From positions 113,944 to 177,943 of the forward strand of contig CAVXDR010000002.1 in the NCBI GenBank assembly GCA_963760655.1: 64,000 nucleotides of DNA. The letters run 5' to 3'. The stretch's first letter is position 1. Each line of letters starts with the position of its first letter. The translations under genes were made by a program, and so were the position numbers. This stretch comes from an uncultured Actinomycetes bacterium (GTDB lineage: Bacteria; Actinomycetota; Thermoleophilia; UBA2241). The notes beneath the pieces are model-generated. The model was not told the origin of the DNA. It ran no database searches and saw only the letters and a program-made list of their open reading frames with translations. Shown here in pieces: positions 30,229 through 40,924 of this stretch.

Positions 30229-30952
30229 CGATCCGGTCGTAGCCGAGCTCGAGGCCCTGCGGCGCGAGGCCGAGGCCTGCGAGAAGTGCGCGCTCGCCGG
30301 CACCCGCACGCGGGTCGTGTTCGGCGAGGGCGACCCTCACAGCGACCTCATGTTCGTCGGCGAGGCGCCGGGCTATCACGAGGACCAGCAGGGCCGGCCG
30401 TTCGTCGGTCAGGCCGGCAAGCTGCTCGAGCAGCTCCTCGCTACGATCGGCCTGAGCCGCGAGCGCGTCTACATCGGCAACGTGCTCAAGTCGCGGCCAC
30501 CCAACAACCGCGACCCCAAGCCCGAGGAGATCGAGGCCTGCGAGCCGTTCCTGCTGCGCCAGATCGAGCTCATCGCGCCGCGCGTGATCTGCACGCTGGG
30601 CAACTTCTCGACCAAGCTCCTGTCGGGCAGCCCGACCGGCATCACGCGCGTGCACGGCATCCCGCAGCGCAAGCGCCTGGGCGCCCGCGAGCTCTATCTC
30701 TACCCGATCTTCCACCCCGCGGCAGCGCTCTACACGCCGGCCATGCTCGAGACGCTCAAACAGGACTTCCTACGCCTGCCCGAGGTGCTCGCCCTGCCGC
30801 TCGAATCCGACGACGGCGCCGCCGGTGGCGGCGACGAGTCGCTGCCCACGATCGGCCCGCAGGGCGCCCTGCCGCCCTCCGCCGAGCGCGGCCCCGCGCC
30901 GCCGGCGGTCCGCCCGGCCGGAGGCCCGGCCGAGCAGCTCGGTCTCTTCTGA
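30212..30952 (+). CDS. udg: uracil-DNA glycosylase, family 4
   Basis: 'CEKCALAGTRTRVVFGEG' and 'MFVGEAPGYHEDQQGRPFVG'. The start is uncertain: only the GTGs at 30197 and 30212 are available, and both overlap the end of fmdB. Confidence 0.8.
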   Translation: MPPATDDPVVAELEALRREAEACEKCALAGTRTRVVFGEGDPHSDLMFVGEAPGYHEDQQGRPFVGQAGKLLEQLLATIGLSRERVYIGNVLKSRPPNNRDPKPEEIEACEPFLLRQIELIAPRVICTLGNFSTKLLSGSPTGITRVHGIPQRKRLGARELYLYPIFHPAAALYTPAMLETLKQDFLRLPEVLALPLESDDGAAGGGDESLPTIGPQGALPPSAERGPAPPAVRPAGGPAEQLGLF

Positions 30953-30955
30953 CCG

Positions 30956-31525
30956 ATGCTGACGGCCACGCTCACCTCGCCGGACGCCACCGGGACGTTC
31001 GCCGCGCTGCTCGCCGCCGCGCTCGCACCGCCGGCGCTCGTCACGCTGCGCGGCGACCTGGGCACCGGTAAGACGACCCTGGTGCGCGAGGTGCTGCACG
31101 CCCTGGGCGTCGAAGGCGTCGTGGCGAGCCCGTCGTTCACCCTCGCGCAGAGTTACGAGGGCGCCGGCGGCCTGCGTCTGCACCACCTCGACCTGTACCG
31201 CCTGAGCCCCGGCGCCGACGCCGGCCTGTTCGCCTTCGACGACTACCTCGAGGGCGCCGCGCTCACCTTCGTGGAGTGGCCCGAGGCGGCCGCGGCGGAG
31301 CTACCGGCCGCCGACGTCGACGTGCTGCTCAGCCATCGCACGTTCGAGAGCCGCGGCCTCACGCTGCGCGCCGCCGCCCGGTTCGAGGCCGCGCTCGCCG
31401 GCGCCCTGCGCGCCGCCGGCGGCTTCGGCGAGGTGGCGCTGGCACCCGACGGGGCCGCTCGATCGGGCGACCGACCGCCCTCACCGGGCGGCCCGCCGGC
31501 CGCGGCCGGCGAGGCGACCGCGTGA
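30956..31525 (+). CDS. tsaE: tRNA t6A37 biosynthesis ATPase TsaE
   Basis: P-loop 'GDLGTGKTTLVR', 'SPSFTL' and 'HLDLYRL'. Confidence 0.9.
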   Translation: MLTATLTSPDATGTFAALLAAALAPPALVTLRGDLGTGKTTLVREVLHALGVEGVVASPSFTLAQSYEGAGGLRLHHLDLYRLSPGADAGLFAFDDYLEGAALTFVEWPEAAAAELPAADVDVLLSHRTFESRGLTLRAAARFEAALAGALRAAGGFGEVALAPDGAARSGDRPPSPGGPPAAAGEATA

Positions 31526-32313
31526 TCCTGGCGCTCGACACCTCGAGCGCGGCCTCGGCCGCGGTCTGCGACGACGCCGGCCTGGCGCCGGGCCGCTCGC
31601 GGCCGCTCTCCGACGGCCGCCAGGCCCGCCGCCTGCTCGAGTGCGTGCACGAGGCGCTGACCGCGGCCGGCGTGAGCCTCGCCGCGGTCGACACCGTCGT
31701 CTGCGGGCTCGGTCCGGGCACGTTCACCGGGCTGCGCATCGGCATCGCCGCGGCGCGCGCCCTGGCGCAGGGCGCCGGCCTGCAGCTCGCCGGGGTGCCG
31801 AGCCTCGAGGCGCTCGCCGGAGGCCTCGCCGCGGGCGAGGCCGGGGCAAGCGCCCCCTGTGTCGTGCCGCTCATCGACGGTCGCCGCGACGAGGTGTTCG
31901 CGGCCGTGTATCGCGCGCGGCCGGCCGCAGCCGGCGGCCTGCCGCCCGCCTGGCCGGCGCTCGAGCCGGTCGTGCCCCTCACCGTCGTGGCGGCCGGCGA
32001 CCTCGCGGCCTTTCTCGAGCCGTGGCCGGGAGCCCTGGTCGGCGGCGACGGCGCGCTGCTGCACGCCGACCGGCTGCCGCCGGCCGTCGTGCACGAGCGC
32101 GCCCTGGCCACCGTCGATGCGCTCTTGGTGGCCCGCACGTACCTGGCCGGCTCGCCGGCCGCGACGCGCGGCTTCGCCGCGACGCTGCCCATCTACGGCC
32201 GCGAGCCCGACGCCGTGCCCCGCAGCGCGCCGGCGCCTGGACGCGCGGCCGCGGACGACGCCGGGGCCGCGAGCGGCGCCGGCTCGTCCGTGCCCTCGGG
32301 AGGTGCGCCGTGA
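31522..32313 (+). CDS. tsaB: tRNA t6A37 biosynthesis protein TsaB
   Basis: The GTG overlaps the tsaE stop (GTGA). 'ILALDTSS' and 'GPGTFTGLRIGIAAARAL'. Confidence 0.85.
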   Translation: MILALDTSSAASAAVCDDAGLAPGRSRPLSDGRQARRLLECVHEALTAAGVSLAAVDTVVCGLGPGTFTGLRIGIAAARALAQGAGLQLAGVPSLEALAGGLAAGEAGASAPCVVPLIDGRRDEVFAAVYRARPAAAGGLPPAWPALEPVVPLTVVAAGDLAAFLEPWPGALVGGDGALLHADRLPPAVVHERALATVDALLVARTYLAGSPAATRGFAATLPIYGREPDAVPRSAPAPGRAAADDAGAASGAGSSVPSGGAP

Positions 32314-32798
32314 CCGACACCCTGCCCGGCCGTCCGGCCGGCCCGCCGGTCGTGATCCGCCGGCTCGTGCCGGCCGACGTCGGCGCCGTCGTCGCGATCG
32401 AGAACGCCACCTTCACGCTGCCCTGGCACCCGAACGTGTTCAGCTCGATGGTCGTCAAGCCCGAGGCGCTGTGCCTGGGCTGCACGCTCGACGGCCGCCT
32501 GGTCGGCTACCTGATCGCCGACATGTTCGTCGACGTCTGGCACATCATGAACCTGGCCGTGAGCGCGCAGCAGCGCCGCCGTCACCTGGCCTCAGACCTG
32601 CTCGAGAGCTACTTCGCGATCACCGAGGACCGGCCGCACCGGGGCCACACGCTCGAGGTGCGGGTCTCCAACGAGCCGGCCATCGAGCTCTACCGCAGCT
32701 ACGGCTTCGTCACGACGGGCGTGCGGCGCGGCTACTACTCCGACAACCGCGAGGACGCGCTGATCATGTGGAAGGAGTGGGAGGGCGACTCGGCGTGA
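32310..32798 (+). CDS. rimI: ribosomal-protein-alanine N-acetyltransferase
   Basis: The GTG overlaps the tsaB stop (GTGA). GNAT fold with 'LEVRVSN..AI.LY...GF' and 'YY.....DALIM'. Confidence 0.85.
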   Translation: MTDTLPGRPAGPPVVIRRLVPADVGAVVAIENATFTLPWHPNVFSSMVVKPEALCLGCTLDGRLVGYLIADMFVDVWHIMNLAVSAQQRRRHLASDLLESYFAITEDRPHRGHTLEVRVSNEPAIELYRSYGFVTTGVRRGYYSDNREDALIMWKEWEGDSA

Positions 32799-33823
32799 GC
32801 CTGCTGCTCTGCATCGAGACCTCGTGCGACGACACGAGCGCGGCTGTCGTCGACACCGCGGCGGCGCCCGGCGCCGACCCGATCCGCTCGTCGATCGTGT
32901 CGTCGCAGCACGAGTTCCACGCCGCCTTCGGGGGTGTGGTGCCCGAGGTGGCGTCGCGGCGCCACGCCGAGCTGCTGGTCGGCGCCGTGGCCGACGCCCT
33001 CGACGAGGCGGCGGTCGGCTGGGACGCGATCGACGGCCTGGCCGTGACCATTGGCCCCGGCCTGATCGGCGCGCTGCTCGTGGGCCTGGCCGGAGCGAAG
33101 GCGCTGGCCTACGCCCGCCGGCTGCCGCTCACGCCGGTCGACCACCTGCAGGGCCACCTCGCGGCGAGCTATGCGCTTGGCGTCGAGGCGCCCTTCGTCT
33201 GCCTGACCGCGAGCGGCGGCCACACGCTGCTCGCCGTGGTCGAGCGCGGCGTCGAGTTCCGGGTGATCGGCCGAACGCTCGACGACGCGGCCGGCGAGGC
33301 GTTCGACAAGGGCGCCCGCCTGCTCGGCCTGCCCTACCCCGGCGGCCGCGAGCTCGACCGGCTCGCGGCGCGCGGCGACCCGGCCGCCGTCGCCTTTCCG
33401 CGCAGCCTGCCGCGCGGCTTCGACTTCAGCTTCAGCGGCCTCAAGACCGCGCTGCTCTACCACCTGCGCGAGCACCCCGACGCGGCGGCGGACGAGACCC
33501 GTCGCGCCGCGGTCGCCGCCTCGTACCAGGAGGCGATCGTCGATCAGCTCGTGACCAAGGCCGTGCGCTGCGCGCAGGACGAGGGCCTGCGCCGGGTCGC
33601 GGTCGGCGGCGGCGTGGCCGCCAACTCGCGGCTGCGCCGCCGCCTCGCCGAGGCCTGCGCCCGGCACGGCCTCGAGCCCTTCATCCCGCCGGTCGCGCTG
33701 TGCACCGACAACGCCGCCATGGTCGGCCTGGCCGCGCGCCATCTGCCGGCCGTGGCCTGGCCGGACTACCTCGGCCTCGACGCCTACGCGTCGGAGCCGG
33801 CGCTCGACCGCCGCACGCGCTGA
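32795..33823 (+). CDS. tsaD: tRNA N6-adenosine threonylcarbamoyltransferase TsaD
   Basis: The GTG overlaps the rimI stop (GTGA). 'LCIETSCDDTS' and 'GGVAANSRLR'. Confidence 0.95.
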   Translation: MSLLLCIETSCDDTSAAVVDTAAAPGADPIRSSIVSSQHEFHAAFGGVVPEVASRRHAELLVGAVADALDEAAVGWDAIDGLAVTIGPGLIGALLVGLAGAKALAYARRLPLTPVDHLQGHLAASYALGVEAPFVCLTASGGHTLLAVVERGVEFRVIGRTLDDAAGEAFDKGARLLGLPYPGGRELDRLAARGDPAAVAFPRSLPRGFDFSFSGLKTALLYHLREHPDAAADETRRAAVAASYQEAIVDQLVTKAVRCAQDEGLRRVAVGGGVAANSRLRRRLAEACARHGLEPFIPPVALCTDNAAMVGLAARHLPAVAWPDYLGLDAYASEPALDRRTR

Positions 33824-33879
33824 CGGTCCGGCCTGCTCCGCGCGGCGTCGTACGGGGTACAACCGCACCACGTAGGCAA

Positions 33880-35610
33880 ATGGCGAACCGGCAGACAGGC
33901 AGAAGCGGCGCGACGACGACGCGCAGGACGGCGTCGCCGGCTGTTGCGCGCCCGACGATCGCCGCCGACCAGTTCGTGGCCTGCCTCGAGAACGAGGGCG
34001 TCGAGTACGTCTTCGGCATCCCCGGCGAGGAGACGCTCGACGTGAACGAGGCCCTCGACCGCTCGGAGCAGATCACCTTCATCCCCACACGTCACGAAGC
34101 CGGCGCGGCCTTCATGGCCGAGGCCTACGGTCGCCTCACCGGCAAGGCCGGCGTCTGCCTGGCGACGCTCGGCCCGGGGGCGACCAACCTGGCGACGGGC
34201 ATCGCCGACGCCAACCTCGATCACGCCCCCGTCGTGGCGATCACCGGCCAGGTCGACCTGACCGGCATGCACAAGGAGACCCATCAGTTCATCGACACCG
34301 TCGAGATGATGGAGCCGATGACCAAGTGGAACGCACGCGTCCACGACCCGCGCACCGTGGCCGAGGCGGTGCGCAAGGCCTTCGCCGTGGCCACCGCCGA
34401 GAAGCCCGGGGCGACGCACCTCGAGCTGCCGGCCGACGTCATGGCCGCGCCCGCTTTCGCCGGCCGCTGCCTGCAGCGCACGCCGCCCCCCGTCAGCGAG
34501 CCCGACGACGCGGCCCTGGGCGCGGCCGCTCGTCTCATCCGCAAGGCGCGGCTGCCCGTGCTGCTCGTCGGCCACGGCGTGGTGCGGCAGGGCGCCGCGC
34601 CGGCGCTGCGTGAGCTCTGTCGGCGCACCGGCCTGCACGTGATCACCACCTTCATGGGCAAGGGCGTGCTGCACGGCGACGACGAGCACTTCCTGTTCAC
34701 CGCCGGCCTGCAGGCCCAGGACTACCCGGCCGGCATCCTCGGCCGCGCCGACCTCGTGGTGTGCGTCGGCTACGACCTCGTCGAGTGGGCGCCGGCCGCC
34801 TGGAACCCGGCCGGCGACCGGCGCATCGTCTGCATCGACACGGCGACGCCCGACATCGACGCGCACTACGTACCCGAGGTCGAGCTCGTCGGCGACCTCA
34901 CCCACATCATCGTCGAGCTCGGCCGCCGGCTCGTCGACAGGCCGCTGCCCGCGCTCGACGTGCCGCCCTACCACCGCGCCCTCGCGGCGGCGCTCGACGG
35001 AGGCTCCGACGACGACACGCCGGTCAAGCCGCAGCGCGTGCTGCGCGAGCTGCGCGCCCTGCTAGCGCCCGACGACATCCTGGTGAGCGACGTCGGCGCC
35101 CACAAGCTCTGGGTGGCCCGCTTCTGGGAGACCGACGAGCCCAACACCGTGCTCATCTCCAACGGCTTCGCGGCGATGGGGTTCGGCCTGCCGGCCGCCA
35201 TCGCCGCGGCGCTCACGGTGCAGGGCCGCCGCAAGATCGCCGCCATCGTCGGCGACGGCGGCTTTCTCATGAACGTCGGCGAGCTCGAGACGGCGCGCCG
35301 TCTCGGCAACCCGCTCGTGGTGCTCGTCTGGACCGACGGCAGCTACGGCCTGATCGAGATGCACCAGCGCCGCGCCTTCGGCCACGTGAGCGGCACCCGC
35401 TTCGACAACCCCGACTTCGTCGCCCTCGCGCATGCCTTCGGCCTCGAGGGTCATCGAGTGGCGCGCGCCGGCGACCTGCGCCCCGTCCTCGAGCGCGCCC
35501 TGGCGGCGCGCGGGCCGGTCGTCGTCGAGGTGCCGATCGACTACCGCGAGAACGACAAGCTCGGCATCGACCTCTGGAAGCTCGCTCCCGGGCTGCGGCG
35601 CCGCAGCTAG
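33880..35610 (+). CDS. thiamine-diphosphate enzyme, acetolactate synthase large-subunit-like
   Basis: 576 aa. 'GVEYVFGIPGEE', 'GPGATNLATGIADA' and the TPP motif 'GDGGFLMNVGELET'. Confidence 0.85.
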   Translation: MANRQTGRSGATTTRRTASPAVARPTIAADQFVACLENEGVEYVFGIPGEETLDVNEALDRSEQITFIPTRHEAGAAFMAEAYGRLTGKAGVCLATLGPGATNLATGIADANLDHAPVVAITGQVDLTGMHKETHQFIDTVEMMEPMTKWNARVHDPRTVAEAVRKAFAVATAEKPGATHLELPADVMAAPAFAGRCLQRTPPPVSEPDDAALGAAARLIRKARLPVLLVGHGVVRQGAAPALRELCRRTGLHVITTFMGKGVLHGDDEHFLFTAGLQAQDYPAGILGRADLVVCVGYDLVEWAPAAWNPAGDRRIVCIDTATPDIDAHYVPEVELVGDLTHIIVELGRRLVDRPLPALDVPPYHRALAAALDGGSDDDTPVKPQRVLRELRALLAPDDILVSDVGAHKLWVARFWETDEPNTVLISNGFAAMGFGLPAAIAAALTVQGRRKIAAIVGDGGFLMNVGELETARRLGNPLVVLVWTDGSYGLIEMHQRRAFGHVSGTRFDNPDFVALAHAFGLEGHRVARAGDLRPVLERALAARGPVVVEVPIDYRENDKLGIDLWKLAPGLRRRS

Positions 35611-35874
35611 AGCCGGCGCGGCATGGCCCAAGCCGGCGCGCTGCGGTTGGAGCCTGCCCGCCGCGGTCGTTGGCCGTGCGCCGCATCGCGGCGCTCCGGC
35701 GCCGCGGGCGTTCCCCTCGGGATGCCGCCCTTTTCAGCGCCGCCCGGCCTTTAGTACACTGCGACGCGGAGGGGCAATCCTGGGGGGACCCGCCCCCTCC
35801 AGCACATCTGGCCGGAGCCGCCGCGGGCGCGCCGCGTCCCGCAGGGGCTCACCTAGATGCCACAGGGGGGATGC

Positions 35875-37734
35875 ATGTCCGAGGTAGGCAACTTCTTGAC
35901 CGACCCTGCGCTCAAGCGCGTCCGCATGCGGCTCTTCACGGTCGTGGTCGTCGTCTTTACGCTGGTCTGCTCGGGTTCGTTCGGCATGGAGGACGTGGTC
36001 TCGTCGTCGGGGCCCGGCTTCACCATCCTGATGATTGTGCTGCTGCCGTTCATCTGGAGCGTGCCGATGGCGTTCCTGGCGTCGGAGCTCGGCTCGGCGA
36101 TCCCCGAGGAGGGCGGCTTCGGCCGCTGGGTGCGCCACGGCCTGGGCGAGTACTGGGGCTTCCAGTCGAGCTGGTGGTGGACGCTGTCGCTCTACGTCGA
36201 CTCGTCGGTGTACATCGTGCTCGCCATCACCTACATCCAGAGCAAGTGGGGTTTCAGCGACCACTGGCGCTGGCTGTTCGGCATCGCTCTGGTCGCCTTC
36301 TTCACCTTCATCAACATCCGCGGCCTCGACCTCACCGGCAAGGCGCTGATCGTCGTCCAGGCCGTCGTCATGGTGCCGTTCGTGATCTTCGTCGTGTGGG
36401 CCTTCGCCAAGAGCGGCGCCAACCCGGTCTCGCCCTTCCTGCCCAAGGGCGAGGGCATCATCTCGGCCAGCAACCTGGGCCTCGCCGTGATGATGTGGAT
36501 GTACTCGGGCTACGAGTCGATGTCGACGGTGGCGGCCGAGGTCGAGAACCCGCAGCGCGTCATCCCGCGGGCAATCATGATCGCCGTGCCGATCGTGATC
36601 GTCACCTACGCCCTCACGACCATGGCCGGCATCCGCGCGGCGGGTCCGGGCAACTGGCTCAACATGGTGTCCGACGCGAGCGAGGGCGGCATCGACTTCG
36701 TCAAGGCGGCCGAGCTCGCCGGCGGCGCCATCCTGATGTGGCTCATGCTGGCCTCGGCGATCGCCAGCAACCTGGGCCTGTACACCGGCTACCTGGCGAC
36801 CGGCTCGCGGCCGTCGTACCAGCTCTCGCGCGACCGCCTCTACCCGAAGTTCATGGGGCGGGCGCACAAGAGCTGGGGCACGCCCTGGATCGCCATCCTC
36901 ATCATGGGCGTCGTCGACGCCATCCTCGTGAAGGGCAGCTTCGACACCTTGATCGTGATCGACGTGTTCCTGCTCATGTTCAGCTACATCCCGATCTTCA
37001 TCGCAGGCGTCGCGCTGCGCATCAAGCGGCCCGACATGCCGCGACCGTACCGCATCCCGATCCCCACCTGGCTGCTCGCCGTCTGGGTGTGCTTCCCGAT
37101 CGCGATCGCCGTCTACGCGCTGTTCACGAACGGCAGCGACTACCTGGTCGGCGGCCTGGTCGGCGTCGTGTCCGGGCCGATCGCCTACCTGATCTTCAAG
37201 CGCGTGTACCGCGGCGTGGCCGACGACGCGGTCGAGGGTTCGATCGGCATGCCGGCCGTGTCGGCCGCGGAGCGTCGCGCCCATTTCGGCACGTGGCGCA
37301 CGCTTGCGACCGGCCTCTCGGTCGTCGCCGGCGTGGTCGCGATCGCCTTGGCCTTCTACATCCACAGCCGTCACCCGTGGGCGGTGGGCGGCAACTGGAA
37401 GATCCTCGGCGTGGTGGTGAGCCCGCAGCGGCTGCTCGCCGCCATGGGCCTGCTGATGGTCGTCGGCGGGCTCGTCGTGCAGACGAGCCGCTGGCTCGGC
37501 GGCGTGCTCGTCGCCGTGGCCTGCGTGATCGCCCAATGCCTGATCTACACGCACGCCGAGTTCCGCACCGCCAACGTCTGGGTGTGGTCGGCGCCGATCG
37601 TGCTGGCCGTGCTCGGCGCCGTGTTCGCCGGCCTCGCCCTCAAGGCCGAGATCGAGCCGGTGGGGCGCGAGGAGCTCGGCGTCCCGGCGCCGGCTCCGGT
37701 CGAGGCGGAGCCGGCCGTCATGAGCGGCGTCTGA
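35875..37734 (+). CDS. APC-superfamily permease with extra C-terminal TM segments
   Basis: The ATG at 35875 is preceded by GGGGGA (alternative ATG at 35857). 'SELGSAIPEEGGFGRWV' is APC-like. About 150 extra C-terminal residues add predicted TM helices. Confidence 0.8.
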   Translation: MSEVGNFLTDPALKRVRMRLFTVVVVVFTLVCSGSFGMEDVVSSSGPGFTILMIVLLPFIWSVPMAFLASELGSAIPEEGGFGRWVRHGLGEYWGFQSSWWWTLSLYVDSSVYIVLAITYIQSKWGFSDHWRWLFGIALVAFFTFINIRGLDLTGKALIVVQAVVMVPFVIFVVWAFAKSGANPVSPFLPKGEGIISASNLGLAVMMWMYSGYESMSTVAAEVENPQRVIPRAIMIAVPIVIVTYALTTMAGIRAAGPGNWLNMVSDASEGGIDFVKAAELAGGAILMWLMLASAIASNLGLYTGYLATGSRPSYQLSRDRLYPKFMGRAHKSWGTPWIAILIMGVVDAILVKGSFDTLIVIDVFLLMFSYIPIFIAGVALRIKRPDMPRPYRIPIPTWLLAVWVCFPIAIAVYALFTNGSDYLVGGLVGVVSGPIAYLIFKRVYRGVADDAVEGSIGMPAVSAAERRAHFGTWRTLATGLSVVAGVVAIALAFYIHSRHPWAVGGNWKILGVVVSPQRLLAAMGLLMVVGGLVVQTSRWLGGVLVAVACVIAQCLIYTHAEFRTANVWVWSAPIVLAVLGAVFAGLALKAEIEPVGREELGVPAPAPVEAEPAVMSGV

Positions 37735-37800
37735 CCCGCCCGCGGGGATCGCTCGCCGCAGGAGCGCCGCGCCCGGTCTGAGCCCGGCGCGGTGCATGAT

Positions 37801-37842
37801 GGGCGGGGCGACGGGTGCGTGCGCGCACCCGCGACCCCGCCC
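37801..37842. terminator. GC-rich imperfect hairpin between convergent genes
   Basis: GGGCGGGG...GGGTGCG / CGCACCC...CCCCGCCC: 8 + 8 bp with a 3-nt internal mismatch and a tgcg loop. There is no U-tract. Confidence 0.35.
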
Positions 37843-37853
37843 CTCGCGTCGCT

Positions 37854-38291
37854 TCAGGCCTCGAGCAGGATGGTCACCGGGCCGTCGTTTTCGAGCTCGA
37901 CTTTCATGTGAGCGCCGAAGACGCCGGTCGCGACCGGCACGCCGGCGGCCCGCACCGCGGCCGCGAACTCCTCGTAAAGCCGTTCGGCGAGCTCGGGCGG
38001 CGCCGCGCTCGAGAAGCTCGGCCGGTTGCCGCGCCGTGTGTCGGCGTAGAGCGTGAACTGCGAGACGGCAAGGACGGCGCCGCCGACCTCGCCGACGGCG
38101 CGGTTCATGAGGCCGCGCTCGTCGGCAAAGACGCGCAGCGCCACGCACTTTGCCGCCAGGCGGGCGGCCGTGGCGCTCGTGTCGTCGTGACCGACGCCGA
38201 CAAGCGCGAGGAAGCCGCCGTCGACGGCGGCCACCTCGCGCCCCTCGACGACGACCCGCGCTCGCGTGACGCGCTGCAGCAGCACTCGCAT
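37854..38291 (-). CDS. dtd: D-aminoacyl-tRNA deacylase
   Basis: 145 aa. 'MRVLLQRV' and 'SQFTLYAD'. Confidence 0.95.
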   Translation of the reverse strand: MRVLLQRVTRARVVVEGREVAAVDGGFLALVGVGHDDTSATAARLAAKCVALRVFADERGLMNRAVGEVGGAVLAVSQFTLYADTRRGNRPSFSSAAPPELAERLYEEFAAAVRAAGVPVATGVFGAHMKVELENDGPVTILLEA

Positions 38292-38298
38292 GCCGGCG

Positions 38299-38304
38299 AT
38301 TCTA
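38299..38304 (-). promoter_or_regulatory. -10 element (TAGAAT) placing the TSS at the dtd start codon (leaderless)
   Basis: The minus strand reads TAGAAT-cgccggc-ATG, with a 7-nt gap and no RBS. Confidence 0.45.
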
Positions 38305-38433
38305 CTCTCAGCGGCGCTCGCGGTGGTTCGACGACAGCCTTCGGGGGCAGCGACCGGACTGCAAGAAAGTGCTGCTCATGGGGGATATCACCGGGGTCCG
38401 CGAGAGCCGCGTGCCGGCCGCCGCGGCCATCGT

Positions 38434-38463
38434 TTGACAAGTGGATCGCCGGGGCCATACCAT
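38434..38463 (+). promoter_or_regulatory. groESL promoter candidate
   Basis: TTGACA (38434-38439), 18 nt, then TACCAT (38458-38463), immediately upstream of CIRCE. Confidence 0.45.
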
Positions 38464-38478
38464 ATCGACCCCGGAACC

Positions 38479-38505
38479 TTAGCACTCTCACGATGAGAGT
38501 GCCAG
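38479..38505 (+). promoter_or_regulatory. CIRCE operator (HrcA binding site)
   Basis: TTAGCACTC-N9-GAGTGCCAG compared with the consensus TTAGCACTC-N9-GAGTGCTAA. The left arm is perfect and the right arm matches 7 of 9. It lies 25 nt upstream of groES. Confidence 0.75.
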
Positions 38506-38529
38506 AATGCGACAGAGAAGGAGGGCTGT

Positions 38530-38823
38530 ATGAAGCTGAAGCCGCTCGAGGACCGCGTCATCATCAAGGCGGTCACAGGTGAAGAGAAGACGGCCAGCGG
38601 CATCGTGCTTCCCGACACCGCCAAAGAGAAGCCCATGCTCGGCGAGGTCGTAGCGGTGGGCGACGGCAAGTGGGACGAGGCCGGCACCAAGCGCATCCCG
38701 ATGGATGTCAAGGTCGGCGAGAAGGTCATCTACGGCAAGTACTCGGGCACCGAGTACAAGACGAGCGACGGCGAAGAGCTCCTCATCCTGCGGGTGAGCG
38801 AGATCCTCGCCACGGTCAAATAG
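38530..38823 (+). CDS. groES: co-chaperonin GroES
   Basis: 97 aa. '[12 protein letters not shown]' and '[12 protein letters not shown]'. Confidence 0.97.
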   Translation: MKLKPLEDRVIIKAVTGEEKTASGIVLPDTAKEKPMLGEVVAVGDGKWDEAGTKRIPMDVKVGEKVIYGKYSGTEYKTSDGEELLILRVSEILATVK

Positions 38824-38835
38824 AGAGGAGGCTGA

Positions 38836-40470
<1,635 letters not shown>

Positions 40471-40511
40471 TCGGCTGACCCCGAGCGGTCACGACAAACG
40501 CCTTTCGCGTC

Positions 40512-40555
40512 GCGGCGGGCGGGCCCATGCGGGCCCGCCCGCCGCATCTCTTCTC
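40512..40555 (+). terminator. groEL terminator hairpin
   Basis: Perfect 15-bp stem GCGGCGGGCGGGCCC/GGGCCCGCCCGCCGC with an atgc loop, followed by the pyrimidine-rich 'atctcttctc'. Confidence 0.55.
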
Positions 40556-40690
40556 GCTCATGGAACATCCGTCTAGGCCACGCTCGCGGCGCCCGGGCCG
40601 CTGCTTGCGTAAACGAGAAGCCGGGCATACGGTCGCGGCGAGCGCCGACGGAGACGCGAGATGCACCCGGGCAAGGGCAAAGGGGGTGCG

Positions 40691-40900
40691 ATGGCAGCGA
40701 CCGACGTCAAGGAGCTCGTGGTCACCGGTCCCGCCAGAGACCGGCTCTACGAGCTGTTCACCCGCGTCTACGCGGGTCGTCACGACGTGCGTGTCGTGCT
40801 CGACCGCCGGCGCGCCCCGTGGGCTCAGGGTGAGCGCGCCCGCCGCGCCGACGAGCGCCGCCGGGAGCCCCCGGCCTGGGTCTTCCCGCCGATCGAGTAG
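40691..40900 (+). CDS. small Arg-rich hypothetical protein
   Basis: 69 aa from the ATG at 40691 (GGGGG RBS), or 79 aa from 40661. Third-position GC is consistent with coding. I recognise no domain. Confidence 0.4.
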   Translation: MAATDVKELVVTGPARDRLYELFTRVYAGRHDVRVVLDRRRAPWAQGERARRADERRREPPAWVFPPIE

Positions 40901-40924
40901 GCGCTCCCCGACCTCGCACCAGCG

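Noticed and set aside
34761-37781. 1006-aa plus-strand ORF spanning the ThDP enzyme and the APC permease
   Set aside because: It is an alternate frame of two well-supported genes. Its Arg/Pro/Gly-dominated composition is not protein-like. The same reasoning applies to 1704-3326(-), 3560-5026(-), 6040-7377(-), 7442-9421 (5' part), 11172-12452(-), 17430-19175(-), 19387-21507(-), 21480-23717(-), 25263-27257(+), 35734-38148(-), 38488-40017(-), 51486-53234(-), 54709-56187(-) and similar track entries.
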